From Candidatus Eiseniibacteriota bacterium (GTDB lineage Bacteria > Orphanbacterota > Orphanbacteria > Orphanbacterales > Orphanbacteraceae), in NCBI GenBank assembly GCA_016930695.1, contig JAFGGD010000030.1:56321-120320 (forward strand): a stretch of DNA of 64,000 nt. The letters run 5' to 3'. Below, one piece after another: positions 9,954 through 17,799 of the stretch; the first letter of the stretch is position 1; each line of letters opens with the position of its first letter. The notes beneath the pieces were generated by a model that was not told where the DNA came from, did not search any database, and saw only the letters and a list, made by a program, of their open reading frames with translations. The position numbers and the translations under genes are program-made.

Positions 9954-9980
9954 GGGGGGACCGTCGGGTCCCCCCTTTTT
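9954..9980 (+). terminator. Intrinsic terminator after 8014-9927 gene
   Basis: GGGGGGACC-gtcg-GGTCCCCCC perfect 9-bp stem followed by TTTTT, 27 nt after the stop codon. Confidence 0.6.
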
Positions 9981-10118
9981 CTGTGCGGTTTTTGCACACG
10001 CCTCCACGCCGCTCCTCTTCGCCCGGACCTTCGGATTCCGCTTCTTTCCCTCTCCGCGTAACGCGCGCGGCGCGCTTCTGCGCGATTTTTGCGCGTTTCA
10101 GCCCGCCTGTGCCGTTTC

Positions 10119-10134
10119 GGCCGGCTTTTTGCAA
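10119..10134 (+). promoter_or_regulatory. Weak sigma-54-like -24/-12 element (CGGCCG-N5-TTGCA)
   Basis: GG and GC dinucleotides at correct spacing, about 90 nt upstream of the 10224 start. The -24 box deviates from TGGCAC at two positions. Confidence 0.2.
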
Positions 10135-10223
10135 TTTCATTGCGCGGGCGGTTCCCCGACCGTCCGGCCCACACGGGCCGATCCCCGGTCCGCCGAAAGA
10201 GTGAACGCAGAAGGGATGGAACC

Positions 10224-11180
10224 ATGATTAGAAAATGCGCCGCCGCGATCGCCACTCTTCTCATCGTCTCCGGCGCCTCCCGCGCCGCGGGGGAAGAGCG
10301 CGCCGGGATTCGCGACATACAGCAGGGAGCCTATCCCCCATACTCGTGGGTTCTCGTGGAGAGCGTCACCGTTACCGCGGTCGCGCCGGACGGTTTCTTC
10401 GCGGAGGAGGAGGGGGGAGGCCCGTGGAGCGGGATCTGGATCAACCGGCAGAAGACCCCCGCGGTTTCCGTCGGCGACCGGGTGCGCGTCCGGGGCTACT
10501 ACGCGGAGATCCGCGGTCTCTCCCTGGTCAGCGCGACCGATGCGCTGTGGGGCTCTGTGGAATGGATCGACCGCGCGCGATCCGCCCCGGCCGCGGAGAA
10601 AATCGCCGCGGGCGATGTGGGGGAACCCTACGAGGGGGTGCTCGTCTCCATCGGCGAGTTGATCGTCCTCGGCCCTGTCGGCGGCGGGGAGTGGCTCGCG
10701 CTCTCCTTCGGCGAAGGCGAGGCGGGAGACACGATCCGCGCGGGGGGGACGATGGCCTACACCATCCCCGAAACGGGGGACACCCTCGCCCTCCTCACGG
10801 GCCCGGTTCACACCGTCGACGGCGCCTATCGGATCGAGCCGCGCAATGACGACGATATCGTGTTGATGGAGGAAGCGACCGGCGCCGCCGGCGGCGCGCC
10901 CGCCCGCTTCCGTTTGTACGGCAACCAACCGAATCCGTTCAATCCATCCACCCACATCGCCTTCGATCTCCCCGCGGAAGGGAGGACGAGGGCGGACGTT
11001 TACGATCTATCCGGCCGCCTGGTCCGCGTCCTGTCGGACCGCACCCTTTCCGCCGGATCGCACACGATCCGGTGGGACGGCACGGACGACCGGGGGAACG
11101 AAGTCTCTTCGGCTGTTTACTTCTGCCGCGTCACTCACGGGGGGAACACCGAGGTGATCAAGATGTCGCTCGTCCGCTGA
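10224..11180 (+). CDS. Secreted single-module OB-fold-like protein with T9SS C-terminal sorting domain (paralog of 8014 gene)
   Basis: RBS-like GAAGGGA ahead of the ATG. Signal peptide MIRKCAAAIATLLIVSGASRAAG. GIRDIQQGAYPPYSWVLVESVTVTAV...GFFAEEE...SGIWINRQ...VGDRVRVRGYYAEIRG matches the module of the 8014 protein. C-terminus ...SAVYFCRVTHGGNTEVIKMSLVR is a T9SS CTD. The upstream extension to 10089 was rejected. Confidence 0.55.
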   Translation: MIRKCAAAIATLLIVSGASRAAGEERAGIRDIQQGAYPPYSWVLVESVTVTAVAPDGFFAEEEGGGPWSGIWINRQKTPAVSVGDRVRVRGYYAEIRGLSLVSATDALWGSVEWIDRARSAPAAEKIAAGDVGEPYEGVLVSIGELIVLGPVGGGEWLALSFGEGEAGDTIRAGGTMAYTIPETGDTLALLTGPVHTVDGAYRIEPRNDDDIVLMEEATGAAGGAPARFRLYGNQPNPFNPSTHIAFDLPAEGRTRADVYDLSGRLVRVLSDRTLSAGSHTIRWDGTDDRGNEVSSAVYFCRVTHGGNTEVIKMSLVR

Positions 11181-11704
11181 GCGGCGCGCCGCCGAACGTG
11201 AAATACAAACGTCCGGCCGGGGGTTTCCCGGATGCCCGTTCGTAAGGACCGGGCATCTTAGAGGAGGGTCCGGCATGTCGCGCATCGATCCTTCCCACGC
11301 GCTACCGGCCGTCCACGGAAAGGGTCCGGAAGAGGACCTTTCCCGCGGTGCCGTGGGAAGAAGCGGCGGGGACTCGCATGGCGCGAAGCGTCCCGTCGCA
11401 CGGCACAATCATCCGCTCCCCTTCGCCCCGTCCGCCGGCGCTTCCGCCGCCCCGGCTCCGCGCAAAGGGGGATCTCCCCCTCTCCCGCTCCACGGCTCCG
11501 GCGCCATCCCCTCCTGTTCGGAAATTTTACGGATGCTTTTGGAGATGAAGATGTCCGCGGCGATGCGCGCCCTTCTCTTTCCGGAACCGCGCCGGGAGAA
11601 CGAGGAATGATCCGGAGAGGGAGGGGGTGACGAAACGATGCGCCCGTCGGTCCCGGATTCTCCCTTCACGATCTCGGGAAGCGAAAAGGGATGCGGCACC
11701 GAAA

Positions 11705-12109
11705 TCAGCGCAGGTGCTTTTCCAGGTCGGAGAGATCCATCGGTAGGAACTCGCGGAAGGGAACCGAGCGGATCGAACCTTCCCCGCCGGCGAGGATCAC
11801 TTCGCCGGTACTCTTATCCACCCACTCGGCGAGAACGCCGAGGCACGCCCCGCAGGGGACCAGGTGGAAGCCGGTATCGCTCCAGATGGCGACGCGCCGG
11901 AAACCGGTCGCGCCCTCGCTGATCGCTTTGAAGAGCGCCACCCTCTCGGCGCAGAGCGTGAGGCTGAACGAGGCGTTTTCGATGTTACAGCCGGTGAATA
12001 CCCGCCCGTCCGTCGTTTCCAAAGCGCAGCCGACGCGCACCTTGGAATAAGGGGAATAGGAACGCTCCGCCGCTTCCTTCGCCCGCCCCGCGAGTTCCTC
12101 CGCTTTCAT
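11705..12109 (-). CDS. cdd: Cytidine deaminase
   Basis: 134 aa with the zinc-binding motifs CAERVAL...PCGACLGVL in the spacing typical of homotetrameric cytidine deaminases. Confidence 0.85.
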   Translation of the reverse strand: MKAEELAGRAKEAAERSYSPYSKVRVGCALETTDGRVFTGCNIENASFSLTLCAERVALFKAISEGATGFRRVAIWSDTGFHLVPCGACLGVLAEWVDKSTGEVILAGGEGSIRSVPFREFLPMDLSDLEKHLR

Positions 12110-12196
12110 GAAACACCTCCCGTGAGGGGGACCGCACTGTACCGGACATACGGAGCATCGTCAAGCGAAAGGAACGCCTTGAATCCCCTCTTTCCC

Positions 12197-12224
12197 TTGA
12201 CCTCTTCGCCAGCGGCGTTATCCT
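12197..12224 (+). promoter_or_regulatory. Sigma-70-like promoter candidate (TTGACC-N16-TATCCT)
   Basis: Hexamers read directly in the divergent cdd/membrane-protein intergenic region, about 45 nt upstream of the 12267 ATG. Confidence 0.3.
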
Positions 12225-12266
12225 GTCGTGGAAACGCTTTCGCCGCGCCAAAGAGGAGAGAAAAGC

Positions 12267-12908
12267 ATGGACTTCCTTCGCGTGTACTGGCCGTCCCTGA
12301 TCGGCCTGCTCTTAGTCCTTCTGCACCTGGGCGTTCTTCTCGGACGGTCCGGGGGCCGGACCACCGAGGGGCGCGGATCGGACCACGGAGACCGGGTCTT
12401 TTCGATCCTCGTCTCCCTTCTCCTCCTGATCCTCCTGTCGGGCGCCCAAGTCGCCAATCGGAACGCTTTCCGGGCGCTCGCCGAAAGGGAACGACGTAGC
12501 GACGGCGCCGAGGAAGCGCTCCAACGGGCGAATCAGGAATGGTCCCTTCGCCTCGCCCGCGCCGAGGGGGAACGCGATTCCCTCCACGCTGCCTTGGACG
12601 CGATCGAGGAAGGGGCGCGAGAGAAATTCCATTTCGAAGGCCTGGTTTTGAACGAGGAGGACGGCGGCCCGATTCGCGGCGCGCGGATCTCCCTCTTCCG
12701 GAGAGCGGGGGGGCGCACCGGTCGCGAGCGCGCGGTCGCGCGCGACCTGCTCACGGACGGGGAGGGACGGTTCCGCGCTGAAATTTCCCGCCTGCGCTCC
12801 GGCGAGGCGCTCCGCCTGGAGGTGACCGCCGCCGGTTTCGCCCCGGCGAAAGAGTGGGTCCCGCCATCCCTTCCCGAGGGACCCGTGACGATTCGTATGC
12901 GCCCCTGA
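12267..12908 (+). CDS. Membrane protein with coiled-coil and CarboxypepD_reg-like (transthyretin-fold) C-terminal domain
   Basis: RBS AGGAGAG ahead of the ATG. Two TM helices (LIGLLLVLLHLGVLLG and VFSILVSLLLLILLSGAQVA). C-terminal GLVLNEEDGGPIRGARISLF...GEGRFRAEI resembles carboxypeptidase-regulatory-like beta-sandwiches. Confidence 0.45.
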   Translation: MDFLRVYWPSLIGLLLVLLHLGVLLGRSGGRTTEGRGSDHGDRVFSILVSLLLLILLSGAQVANRNAFRALAERERRSDGAEEALQRANQEWSLRLARAEGERDSLHAALDAIEEGAREKFHFEGLVLNEEDGGPIRGARISLFRRAGGRTGRERAVARDLLTDGEGRFRAEISRLRSGEALRLEVTAAGFAPAKEWVPPSLPEGPVTIRMRP

Positions 12909-12983
12909 TTCCCGGTCCGCGCACCGAGGAAGGGTCTCGATCTCCCGCGCCCGCGCGGGCGGACCCCGCGAAACGGACGGCCC

Positions 12984-14513
12984 ATGAAACAGCGTTTCGA
13001 AGAGACGAACGACGCCCCCTTCGAGGCGATCCGCAAGGCGGTCCGTTTCGACGGCGCGGAGGAGGAAGCCCTGCGGGAGGTGGCGGCGGAGTTCGCTCCG
13101 GCGGTCGATCTCCACATCGAGGCATGGCTTCCCGATTGGCCCGACGAGGAACGCGCCCTCTACCGCGCCCTCTTTTTCGAGGGGCCACGCGATGGGGACT
13201 ACCCGGAGCGCCGGAAGAAGATCCGAGAGAGGGTCCTCGCGGCGGGAGGGAACGACGGCCGGGGGGCCGCGGTCTGGGCGGCGGGGCTGATCCGTCTGGC
13301 GGAGGAGCGGTTCGGCGGCGATCCGGTTCGGCTCGCCCGCGCCGTCGCGGCGATCGGGAGGGCCGCCCTGCTCGACAGGGAGGCGGCCCGCGCACCCTTC
13401 ACTCCTGAAGGACCGGGTCCGGGCGAGATCCTGAAGACGATCGGCCCCGGCTTCAGCCTCCCCGCGGAGGGGGAACTGGAAGAGGGGACCGATCCGGCGA
13501 TGGTCCTGGTCCTCTTCCGGGACGGGCGTTTCGCGGACGCCAACCAGACCGCCCTCGACGCGCTCGGCTTCCGCCGGGACGAGATTCGCCGCCTCACCAT
13601 ACGGAACGTGCTCCCCGAAGAGCAGCACGCGCGGGTGCGGATGCACCTGGAGAGGGTCGCCCGGAGCGGCCACGACCACGTGGCGGCGCACATCATCGAC
13701 CGGGAGGGGCAGGCGACCCACGTGGAGATGATCAGCAGCGCCATCTACGACGACGGGGGGCGCCTGCAGGGAACGCGCATCTTTCTCCGCGACCTGACCC
13801 ATCAGAAACGACTGGAGGAGGAGAAGCTCCGCTGGGAGCGTCTGGTCGCCGTGGGGAGCATGGCCGCCAAGGTCGCCCACGAGATCCGCAACCCTCTCTC
13901 GTCGATCTCGCTCAACGTGGAGCTTCTCATGGATCAGCTGGGCGGCCTCCCCGACGAGGACCGCGCCGAGGCGGGGCAACTGGTCAACTCGATCCTCTCC
14001 GAAATCGATCGCCTGACCAATGTGATCGAGGAGTACCTCAGTTTCGGCCGGCTCCCCAGCCCCTCTCTGGAGCCGGTGCGCGTCCGGGATTTCCTGCGCT
14101 CCGTCTCGGACTTCGTCCGGCCGGACCTCAGAAGCCACGGGATCGGCCTCACGATCGACGTGCTCCCCGGTACGCCGCGTCTCCTGGCCGACACGAGCCA
14201 GGCGAGGCAGTGCCTCCTCAACCTCTTCCGGAACGCCCAGGAGGCGATGAACGCCGGCGGCGAGATCCAGGTGACCGCGGGCCCGCGGGAGGGGAATGTG
14301 CTCGTCGAGGTCCGTGACACCGGCGCCGGCATCCCCCGGGAAAATCTCTCCAAGATCTTCGACCCCTTCTACACGACCAAGGACTTCGGGACCGGCCTCG
14401 GCCTCGCCTTCGTGCAGCAGGTGATGCGCGAACACGGCGGCCGGGTGGTCTGCCGGAGCCGCGAGGGGAAGGGGACCGTATTCGGTCTCTATTTCCCCGC
14501 CGACGAGGCCTGA
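12984..14513 (+). CDS. Cytoplasmic sensor histidine kinase (PAS + HisKA + HATPase_c)
   Basis: No TM segment. PAS-like segment MVLVLFRDGRFADANQTALDALGFRRDEIRRLTIRNVLPEE. H-box MAAKVAHEIRNPLSSISLNVELL. N, G1 and G2 boxes (LLNLFRNAQEAM, VRDTGAGIP, GTGLGLAFVQQVMREHGG). Confidence 0.85.
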   Translation: MKQRFEETNDAPFEAIRKAVRFDGAEEEALREVAAEFAPAVDLHIEAWLPDWPDEERALYRALFFEGPRDGDYPERRKKIRERVLAAGGNDGRGAAVWAAGLIRLAEERFGGDPVRLARAVAAIGRAALLDREAARAPFTPEGPGPGEILKTIGPGFSLPAEGELEEGTDPAMVLVLFRDGRFADANQTALDALGFRRDEIRRLTIRNVLPEEQHARVRMHLERVARSGHDHVAAHIIDREGQATHVEMISSAIYDDGGRLQGTRIFLRDLTHQKRLEEEKLRWERLVAVGSMAAKVAHEIRNPLSSISLNVELLMDQLGGLPDEDRAEAGQLVNSILSEIDRLTNVIEEYLSFGRLPSPSLEPVRVRDFLRSVSDFVRPDLRSHGIGLTIDVLPGTPRLLADTSQARQCLLNLFRNAQEAMNAGGEIQVTAGPREGNVLVEVRDTGAGIPRENLSKIFDPFYTTKDFGTGLGLAFVQQVMREHGGRVVCRSREGKGTVFGLYFPADEA

Positions 14514-14516
14514 TCC

Positions 14517-15731
14517 TTGGGCCGTCCGATCGCACTCGCGGGCGGCGGCCTCGCGGCTCACCTCCGCGCCGACCGTACGGTGATCGAGAGGACGAACGGC
14601 GCCGAGGCGGTCGCGTGGGACGCCGAGGGGCGCCTCCTCACCGACCAGGTCGGCCGGTGCGTCCTCAGGCGAGGGCTCTCCGGCCGTTTCCTACTCCGGG
14701 AACGCGCCGGGGCGGGCGGGCGGCCTCTCGATGCGGGAGAAGAAGGAGAGGTGATCGAGAGGACCCTCCGGATCGCCCGCGACGCGGCGGATCGCCTGGA
14801 GGGGAGTGACGCGGGGCCGGAGGAGAGGAGAGAACTCGTCGAACGCCTCGCGAGGATCCTCTCCCGGGACGCGGCGCGCTACGCCGAAGACGCGCGTCGT
14901 TTCAACCGCATCTGGAAACCGATTCCCATCCTCCCCCCGGATCGCGGCCTCGCCCTCGTGGCGCAGGGGACGGAGGGGTGTTCCTGGGGGCGCTGCCTCT
15001 TCTGCGGCCTCTATCCGGATGGGAGTTTCCGGGTGAAAGGGGAAGAGGAGTTCGCCCGTCACATTCGGGACGCCCTCTCCTTCCTCGGCCGCTCCGCGCT
15101 CACCCGGAACGCGCTCTTTTTCGGCGACGGCGATCCATTCGCCGCTCCGGACCGCCTGCTCCTCCCCTTGGTGGACCGCCTTCTCGCCGAGATGGACGCC
15201 GCCGCGCGGAGGGGCGATCCGGTCCCCCTCACCCGCGACCTGTACGCCTTCGCCCGCCTCTCCACGCTCGCCGGGCGCGACGCCGCCTCGCTCGCCGCCT
15301 ACGGCCGCCGCGGCTTCCGGCGGCTCTACATCGGCGTCGAGACGGGCGACCCGGAACTCTACGCGATCCTGCGCAAACCGGGCGACTCGGGCGAACTCCC
15401 CCGCGCGGTCCGCGCCGTACACGAGGCGGGAATGCGTGTGGGCCTGATCTTTCTCGCCGGGGTGGGAGGGAGGCGTTTCCGCGCAAGCCACCGCGCCGGA
15501 ACCATTCGGCTTTTAGAACGAGTGGAGCCGCGAGAAGGAGATCTGGTCTATCTCTCCCCGATCGTCGAGACGCCCGGTTCCGGCTACAGGATATGGATGG
15601 AGGAAGAGGGGATCGAGCCTCTCGGCGAAGATGAAATGGAGAAGGAGGCGAGGACGCTGATGGAGGGGATTCGCGCCCGATCGGGCCGGGCGAAGGTGGC
15701 GTTCTACCCCCTCCGCTCCTTCGTGTATTGA
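14517..15731 (+). CDS. Radical-SAM-like enzyme with non-canonical CX4CX2C cluster motif
   Basis: TTG start 4 nt after the kinase stop, with a long Arg/Ala-rich N-terminus, so the exact start is uncertain. ALVAQGTEGCSWGRCLFCG gives a CX4CX2C motif with an aromatic residue before the last Cys. A glycine-rich SAM-motif-like FFGDGDP lies ~35 aa later, and a GVQS-like ribose motif YIGVETGDPELYAILRK follows. Confidence 0.5.
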   Translation: MGRPIALAGGGLAAHLRADRTVIERTNGAEAVAWDAEGRLLTDQVGRCVLRRGLSGRFLLRERAGAGGRPLDAGEEGEVIERTLRIARDAADRLEGSDAGPEERRELVERLARILSRDAARYAEDARRFNRIWKPIPILPPDRGLALVAQGTEGCSWGRCLFCGLYPDGSFRVKGEEEFARHIRDALSFLGRSALTRNALFFGDGDPFAAPDRLLLPLVDRLLAEMDAAARRGDPVPLTRDLYAFARLSTLAGRDAASLAAYGRRGFRRLYIGVETGDPELYAILRKPGDSGELPRAVRAVHEAGMRVGLIFLAGVGGRRFRASHRAGTIRLLERVEPREGDLVYLSPIVETPGSGYRIWMEEEGIEPLGEDEMEKEARTLMEGIRARSGRAKVAFYPLRSFVY

Positions 15732-15786
15732 AACAGGGGGGAACCGGGCGCGGGAAATCGCTCGAAAGGCCGCTTCCAAACCCCGG

Positions 15787-15815
15787 TGGACAAGGGACTT
15801 CCCCCTTGATACACT
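15787..15815 (+). promoter_or_regulatory. Sigma-70-like promoter candidate (TGGACA-N17-TACACT)
   Basis: Hexamers read directly, about 50 nt upstream of the response-regulator start. Confidence 0.25.
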
Positions 15816-15863
15816 CCCTCGCGTGGGCTCCCCCCGGCCGGGAAATCGCCCCGGAAGGAGAGG

Positions 15864-17249
15864 ATGTTGGCGGAGAAAGAGACTAGGCGGAAGGCGGCGG
15901 TTCTCGTCATCGACGACGAAGCGGAGATCCGCCAGTCCCTCCAGAAACTGCTCACCAGGGAAGGGTACGAAGTCCACGCCGCCGCCGACGGCAAGGAGGC
16001 GATGAGCCTCGTCCGGACCCACCGTTTCCCCGTCGCCCTCTCCGACCTCCGCCTACCCGACGTGGACGGCCTCGACCTCCTGAAGATGCTCAAGATCGCT
16101 TCTCCCGAGACGGAAGTGGTGATGATCACCGGGTACGGCACCGTGGACGACGCGGTCCGGGCGATGAAGGACGGCGCCTACGACTTCATCCAGAAGCCGG
16201 TCAAGCGCCATCTGATCCTGAAGTCGGTGGAGAAAGCGCTGGAGAGAAGAGCGCTCGCCTCCGAGAACCGGGAGCTGCGCGCCCGGATTCGTTCCATGGA
16301 GAGAACGACCAGCCCGGTCAGCGCATCCCCGTCGATGCAGAAGGTCATCGAGATGGCGGAGCAGGTGGCGCCGAGCGCCGCGTCGGTGCTGATCCAGGGG
16401 GAGAGCGGGACCGGCAAGGAGGTGATCGCCGACATCATCCACGCCGCGAGCCTCCGCAAGGACGCCCCCTTCATCAAGGTGAACTGCGCCGCCATCCCGG
16501 AGACGCTCCTGGAGGCGGAACTCTTCGGCCATGAAAAGGGCTCCTTTACGGGCGCGGTCTCACGGCGAATCGGGCGCTTCGAACTGGCCGACGGGGGCAC
16601 CCTCTTCCTCGACGAAATCGGCGAGATGTCGCAAGCGACGCAGGTGAAGCTGCTCCGCGTGCTCCAGGAGGGTGAGTTCGAGAGGGTGGGGGGGGCGGAG
16701 ACTCTACGCGTGGACGTGCGGATTCTGGCCGCCACCAACGCCGACCTGGAGGAAGCGATCCGGTCGAGGCGCTTCCGCGAGGATCTCTACTACCGTCTGA
16801 ACGTGGTCACCATCCACATCCCTCCCCTCCGGGAACGGCCGGAGGACATCCCCCTTTTGGCGGAGCGCTTCATGCGCGCCTTCAACGAGAGGAACAACAA
16901 GGCGATCGAGGGGCTCTCGCCGGAGGTGATCGATCGCTTTCTCCAGTACGGCTGGCCCGGCAACGTACGTGAGCTGGAGAACGTGATCGAGAGGGCGGTC
17001 GTCCTCGGAAAAGGGAGGTTCGTCGAGCCCGAGGATCTTCCCCCGTCGCTCCATCGCCGGGAAGGGGTGGAGAGCGCCGTCCGCGTCCCCTTCGGCATGA
17101 CCATGGCGCAGGCGGAGCACCGGATCATCACCGAGACCCTTCGCCGCACCCGCGGAAACAAGGAGATGGCGGCCCGCCTCCTCGGCATCGCCGCACGAAC
17201 CATCTATCGAAAATTGGAGAACCCCCCGCCCCCGTTTCAGGCGGAATGA
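15864..17249 (+). CDS. Sigma-54-dependent response regulator (NtrC family: REC + AAA+ sigma-54 activator + HTH)
   Basis: Receiver domain [11 protein letters not shown]...[14 protein letters not shown]. Walker [15 protein letters not shown]-like box GSFTGA and [10 protein letters not shown]-like [11 protein letters not shown]-terminal Fis-type [25 protein letters not shown]. Confidence 0.9.
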   Translation: MLAEKETRRKAAVLVIDDEAEIRQSLQKLLTREGYEVHAAADGKEAMSLVRTHRFPVALSDLRLPDVDGLDLLKMLKIASPETEVVMITGYGTVDDAVRAMKDGAYDFIQKPVKRHLILKSVEKALERRALASENRELRARIRSMERTTSPVSASPSMQKVIEMAEQVAPSAASVLIQGESGTGKEVIADIIHAASLRKDAPFIKVNCAAIPETLLEAELFGHEKGSFTGAVSRRIGRFELADGGTLFLDEIGEMSQATQVKLLRVLQEGEFERVGGAETLRVDVRILAATNADLEEAIRSRRFREDLYYRLNVVTIHIPPLRERPEDIPLLAERFMRAFNERNNKAIEGLSPEVIDRFLQYGWPGNVRELENVIERAVVLGKGRFVEPEDLPPSLHRREGVESAVRVPFGMTMAQAEHRIITETLRRTRGNKEMAARLLGIAARTIYRKLENPPPPFQAE

Positions 17250-17434
17250 TGATCCCCCTCCGGGGATTGCGCGAATCGGACCGGTCTGTTACGCTCCTTT
17301 CGTCTTGTCAAAATGTCCCGTCCGAGGTTTCGCGGCGGGTTCATCTTGTCAGTCCCCCCGGAAGCCCCGAAGGGAGGGCTGCCCTTAAAGCAATACAAAT
17401 CAACCGGTTGCATTCTTTCTTTCCTTCCGGTTGG

Positions 17435-17450
17435 TGGCATGAGCCTTGCG
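17435..17450 (+). promoter_or_regulatory. Sigma-54 promoter (TGGCAT-N5-TTGCG) upstream of kor operon
   Basis: -24 GG and -12 GC at canonical spacing, read directly. 89 nt upstream of the korD ATG and 186 nt downstream of the sigma-54 activator gene. Confidence 0.6.
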
Positions 17451-17538
17451 ATGCACGGATACGGACTTTTTATTCACGGTAAGGCGAAAGCCCGTTATTA
17501 ACCCCCAGTCCGCGGCACGCGGAGGAAGGGATTCCCGA

Positions 17539-17799
17539 ATGGCGGAACAGAAAACCAAGAGCACCAAGGGGTGGATCGAGATCTTCGAGGAGTACTGCAA
17601 GGGCTGCTACCTCTGCGTGGAGGACTGTCCCCAGAAAGACATCGAGATCGCCGATCACCTGAACACCAAAGGATTTCACCCGGCCAAACCGATCGGGCTC
17701 CGATGCGTCGGCTGCGGGATCTGCTTCATGGCGTGTCCCGAACCGCGGGCGATCCGGGTGCACAAAACGGTCCCGGAGAAAAAAGGAGGGGATCGCTGA
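17539..17799 (+). CDS. korD: 2-oxoacid:ferredoxin oxidoreductase delta subunit (2x[4Fe-4S] ferredoxin)
   Basis: RBS GGAGGAAGGG. Two CxxCxxCxxxCP motifs ([12 protein letters not shown] and [12 protein letters not shown]) in an 86-aa protein. Confidence 0.8.
   Translation: MAEQKTKSTKGWIEIFEEYCKGCYLCVEDCPQKDIEIADHLNTKGFHPAKPIGLRCVGCGICFMACPEPRAIRVHKTVPEKKGGDR

Noticed and set aside
7831-10140. 769-aa minus-strand ORF spanning the two OB-fold cargo genes
   Set aside because: Antisense to two + strand genes that have signal peptides, RBSs and T9SS CTDs. The translation is Arg/Gly/Ala/Val-rich with no motifs. It is a typical GC-rich shadow ORF.
12312-14561. 749-aa minus-strand ORF antisense to the histidine kinase
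   Set aside because: The + strand encodes unmistakable HisKA/HATPase motifs. The minus-strand translation is low complexity (Arg/Gly/Pro-rich).
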